DNA of 34,783 nt from Anaerolineae bacterium (GTDB lineage: Bacteria; Chloroflexota; Anaerolineae; S140-20). Each line of letters starts with the position of its first letter. Within the stretch, counting starts at the first letter, position 1. The stretch spans positions 1 to 34,783 of the forward strand of contig JALUTT010000084.1 in NCBI GenBank assembly GCA_027021705.1, given 5' to 3'. The notes under the pieces are model-generated. The model was not told the DNA's origin, ran no database searches, and worked only from the letters and a program-made list of their open reading frames with translations. The position numbers and the translations under genes were made by a program. This document shows, piece by piece, positions 31,694-34,783 of this stretch.

Positions 31694-33409
31694 ATGGCCC
31701 TCCCCACCCTCACCGAATCCGACATCCGCCGACACACCGACCCCCGATCCTTCCAGCGCGGTATGGACTACTACTATCGGGGAGCCATCCTCAACCCCGT
31801 GCGCCAGGGCAACGAACTGCGTGCTGAGTGCCAGGGCAGCCAGTACCAACCCTATCGCGTCACCGTGACCCTGAGCGAACGCGGCATCGTCCACTACCAC
31901 TGCTCCTGTCCGCGCGGCGGCTTCTGCAAACACATCGTCGCCCTGCTCCTCACCTGGGTGCACGAGCCGGACGAGTTCTACGTGATAGCTCCCCTGGATG
32001 ACCTCCTGGCCCAACGCAGCCGGGAGGAGCTCATCGCCTTGATCAAGGAGATGATCACCCGCGAGCCGGACCTGGCCCGGCTTCTGGAGCTGCCGCTGGG
32101 ACCGACGGACTCCCGCCCCTTCGACCTGGAGCCCTTCCGCCGACAGGTGCAGTACGCCCTCACCCGCGAGGACCCCGAATGGGTGGCCCGCGAGCTGGAA
32201 CAGGTGCGCCAGACCGCCGGCCGCTATCTGGCGGCTGGCGACCCCATCGCCGCCGGCGACCTCTACGCCCTCATCCTGGACGAGACCACCGCCCATATGG
32301 AAGACTGGTGGCCGGAGTGGGACCGCGATGGAGACATCTCCCTCGTGCTCCAGGAGTGCACCGGGGGGCTGGACCGCTGCCTGGAGGCGGGCGTTGCCGA
32401 TGATGCGGCCCGTCGGCGCTGGCTGGAGGCCCTGTTGGAGGCCGAACTGAAGGACATCCACCTGGGCGTGGACCTGGATGCGCCCGCCGGCGACGTGGTG
32501 CTGGAGCGGGCGACGGACGAGGAGTGGGCTTGGATCGAGGCGCGACTGCTGCAGGAACTGCAAAAGGCCGGCGAATGGGCCCGCAGTTCGCTGGTATCCT
32601 TGATGGCCGGACGGCGGGAGTTGACCGGTCGGAAGGCGGAAGCGGATGCTTTCCTGCTGGAGCACGGCACCCCGAAGCAACGCGCTTTCCGGCTCGTTCG
32701 ATTGGGCCGCGTGGAGGAAGCGATTCGCATCGCCGAGGAGCACTTCACCGATCGGCCCGGCTTGGTCACCCAGTTCGCCGACGCCTTGGTCGAGGCCGGC
32801 CACGGCGACGCGGCTGCGGCCTACGTGACCGGCAAGTTGCGCCACGAACGTTACGCCTGGACTTACCGCCCCTGGCTGGCCCGCTACTTTCAGGAACGGG
32901 GCGACCGGTCGGCGGCCCTCGACTGGTGGCGGCGTGAGTTTGAGGCGCGCCCTTCCCTGCAGACCTACCGGGCACTGCGGGAGCTGGCCACGGAGATGGG
33001 CACCTGGGAGAGGCTCCGGTCGGACCTGCTGAATGCCCTCGACCCCACCCGCCACGCCGCGCTGCTGGTGGACATCGCCCTGGAGGAAGGAGACGTGGGC
33101 CGTGGATTGGAGATCGCCCGCCGGCCCGGCACCTCCCTTGGCTGGACGCAGTGGGAGCGCCTGGCCCGGGCCGCCGAAACCGACCGGCCGCGTGACGCCT
33201 TGGAGATCTACCGGCGACTGGCGGAACACGCCATCGCCAAACGGGGCCGGGAAAACTACAGGGTCGCCACCGACTACCTGCGCCGTGTGCGCGACCTGTA
33301 CCGGAAGCTGGGCGGAACCGCCGAGTGGGAGACCTACATCACGCACCTGCGCCAGGAGCACCGTCGCCTGCGTGCCTTGCAAGATGAGCTGAACAAGGCA
33401 GGTTTGTAA
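31694..33409 (+). CDS. SWIM zinc-finger protein with helical (TPR-like) C-terminus
   Basis: AAGGAGG RBS; SFQRGMDYY; CSCPRGGFCKHIVALLL (CxC...CxH); C-terminal HRRLRALQDEL. Confidence 0.92.
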   Translation: MALPTLTESDIRRHTDPRSFQRGMDYYYRGAILNPVRQGNELRAECQGSQYQPYRVTVTLSERGIVHYHCSCPRGGFCKHIVALLLTWVHEPDEFYVIAPLDDLLAQRSREELIALIKEMITREPDLARLLELPLGPTDSRPFDLEPFRRQVQYALTREDPEWVARELEQVRQTAGRYLAAGDPIAAGDLYALILDETTAHMEDWWPEWDRDGDISLVLQECTGGLDRCLEAGVADDAARRRWLEALLEAELKDIHLGVDLDAPAGDVVLERATDEEWAWIEARLLQELQKAGEWARSSLVSLMAGRRELTGRKAEADAFLLEHGTPKQRAFRLVRLGRVEEAIRIAEEHFTDRPGLVTQFADALVEAGHGDAAAAYVTGKLRHERYAWTYRPWLARYFQERGDRSAALDWWRREFEARPSLQTYRALRELATEMGTWERLRSDLLNALDPTRHAALLVDIALEEGDVGRGLEIARRPGTSLGWTQWERLARAAETDRPRDALEIYRRLAEHAIAKRGRENYRVATDYLRRVRDLYRKLGGTAEWETYITHLRQEHRRLRALQDELNKAGL

Positions 33410-33467
33410 GCTTGGGAACCTACATTAGCTAACCTGCCTTCTACACAACCCGTGGTGAGTCGGAAGT

Positions 33468-33995
33468 ATGGAAGTTCTCCTTCCTCACATTTCAGAGTAG
33501 TTTCTGGATAAACGGGAGCATTTCACAGCTTTTGCAAAGGCAGATAGTCGCATCGAAGGTTGGTTCAAAGCCGAATTGATCGTTTTGTTCAACCGACTCG
33601 TGGCCGACCGAGTGATTGATGACTTTGAACGCGAAGCCAGCGTCCTCTCACCGAGAGATGGGAAGCAAAAACGGGTTGATTTTAGGCTTCACATTCAAGG
33701 GCAAGAACATCTTTGTGAATTGAAAGCACTGTGCATAAGCCAAGAAGTGGGAACTCCCCGTAATTTACACTTTTATTTTCGTGACAACCACGTCGGGTTG
33801 ATAAAGGATTTTAAGAAGCTGGATGAGATTGCAAACCCAAACAAATGGGTGATCGCTTTCGTCTATCCTGCTCCTGATACAGAGGAGTGGAACAGGGTTA
33901 TCGCATCATTGCCTGATACATTGAGACATTGGAAACCTGTAACACACCCCAGCAGCTTTCCAAGTTGGATGTACATTTCGCTTTGGAAAGGATGA
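33468..33995 (+). pseudogene. Low-GC gene for a PD-(D/E)xK-like protein with in-frame TAG at codon 11
   Basis: ATG 33468 reads MEVLLPHISE*FLDKREHFTAFAKADSRIEGWFKAEL, in frame with ORF 33576-33995; RVDF...LCELK resembles a D...ExK nuclease motif. Confidence 0.6.
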
Positions 33996-34087
33996 TTTTG
34001 GCAAGAGATGAGTTGCCCTCTTGCCGACAACCTGGGCCGCACTGCCCAAGGCTCAGTCTCTTCACCTCCCTCAGCGCTTCAGTCCAA

Positions 34088-34783
34088 CCAGATTTTCGTA
34101 CCCCTTTGTGCTCTTTGCGCTCTTGGTGCCCTTCGTGTCTCTCGCCGTGGCCGGAGCGGACAAGCTGTCAGCGGATTGGGGAACGGATTGAACGGATGGG
34201 GGGCCGGTGCTCCCAAGAGGACTTGTCCAGACTTTCGTACCGCTTCGCGCTCTTTGAGCTCTTGGTGCCCTTCGTGTCCCTCGCCGTGGCCGGAGCGGAC
34301 AAGCTGTCAACGGATTGGGGAACGGATTGAACGGATGGGGGGTTAGCGCTCCTAAGAGGGCTTGTCCAGACTTTCGTACCGCTTCGCGCTCTTTGAGCTC
34401 TTGGTGCCCTTCGTGTCCCTCGCCGTGGCCGGAGCGGACAAGCTGTCAACGGATTGGGGAACGGATTGAACGGATGGGGGGGGTAGTGCTCCCAAGAGGA
34501 CTTGTCCAGACTTTCGTACCGCTTCGTGCTCTTTGAGCTCTTGGTGCCCTTCGTGTCTCTCGCCGTGGCCGGAGCGGACAAGCTGTCAACGGATTGGGGA
34601 ACGGATTGAACGGATGGGGGGTTGGTGCTCCCAAGAGGGCTTGTCCAGCCTTTCGCACCGCTTCGTGCTCTTTGAGCTCTTGGTGCCCTTCGTGTCTCTC
34701 GCCGTGGCCGGAGCGGACAAGCTGTCAACGGATTGGGGAACGGATTGAACGGATGGGGGGGTGGTGCTCCCAAGAGGGCTTGT
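34088..34783. repeat. Tandem array of 139-140-bp units, five copies, running to the window end
   Basis: CAAGCTGTCA recurs at 34161, 34300, 34439, 34579 and 34718; units are near-identical. Confidence 0.97.

Noticed and set aside
33410..34030. Integron cassette with attC around the low-GC gene
   Set aside because: No convincing RYYYAAC...GTTRRRY pair after the stop codon, and no integrase in the window.
33929..34773. ORFs across the 139-bp array
   Set aside because: The unit is not a multiple of 3, the same peptides recur in rotating frames, and there is no RBS.
34088..34783. CRISPR array
   Set aside because: No unique spacers; whole 139-bp units are near-identical; no cas genes in the window.

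Overview
GC-rich bacterial window, probably Chloroflexota (Anaerolineae-like; inferred from the C-terminal YLPLV motif, Pro/Thr-linker secreted proteins and a Gram-positive-type SOS box). Left to right: (1) the 3' end of an NRPS cluster: NRPS ...A-T-C-A-T-E, MFS exporter, type II thioesterase, two small uncharacterised proteins, MbtH and Sfp-type PPTase; (2) a cell-surface/ECF block: SBBP beta-propeller/DUF11 protein, pentapeptide-repeat protein, ECF sigma and anti-sigma, secreted alpha/beta hydrolase, MacAB-like ABC exporter and S8 protease; (3) housekeeping genes: ilvE, trpBA, a LURP-one-like gene, a radical SAM/HhH gene with a likely LexA box, and rplY; (4) an accessory right end: SWIM protein, a low-GC PD-(D/E)xK-like gene with an in-frame TAG, and a 139-bp tandem array running off the window. 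The most unusual signal is a dense layer of repeat DNA. It comprises several different 7-8 bp tandem arrays (one is 19x TCACGCH inserted in frame inside the NRPS adenylation domain), a five-copy family with 14-bp terminal inverted repeats, GTAG-type palindromes, and the 139-bp array, whose unit resembles an arm of a hairpin element 3.5 kb upstream. No rRNA, tRNA, CRISPR or transposase was seen. All protein calls come from motif recognition, not database searches.
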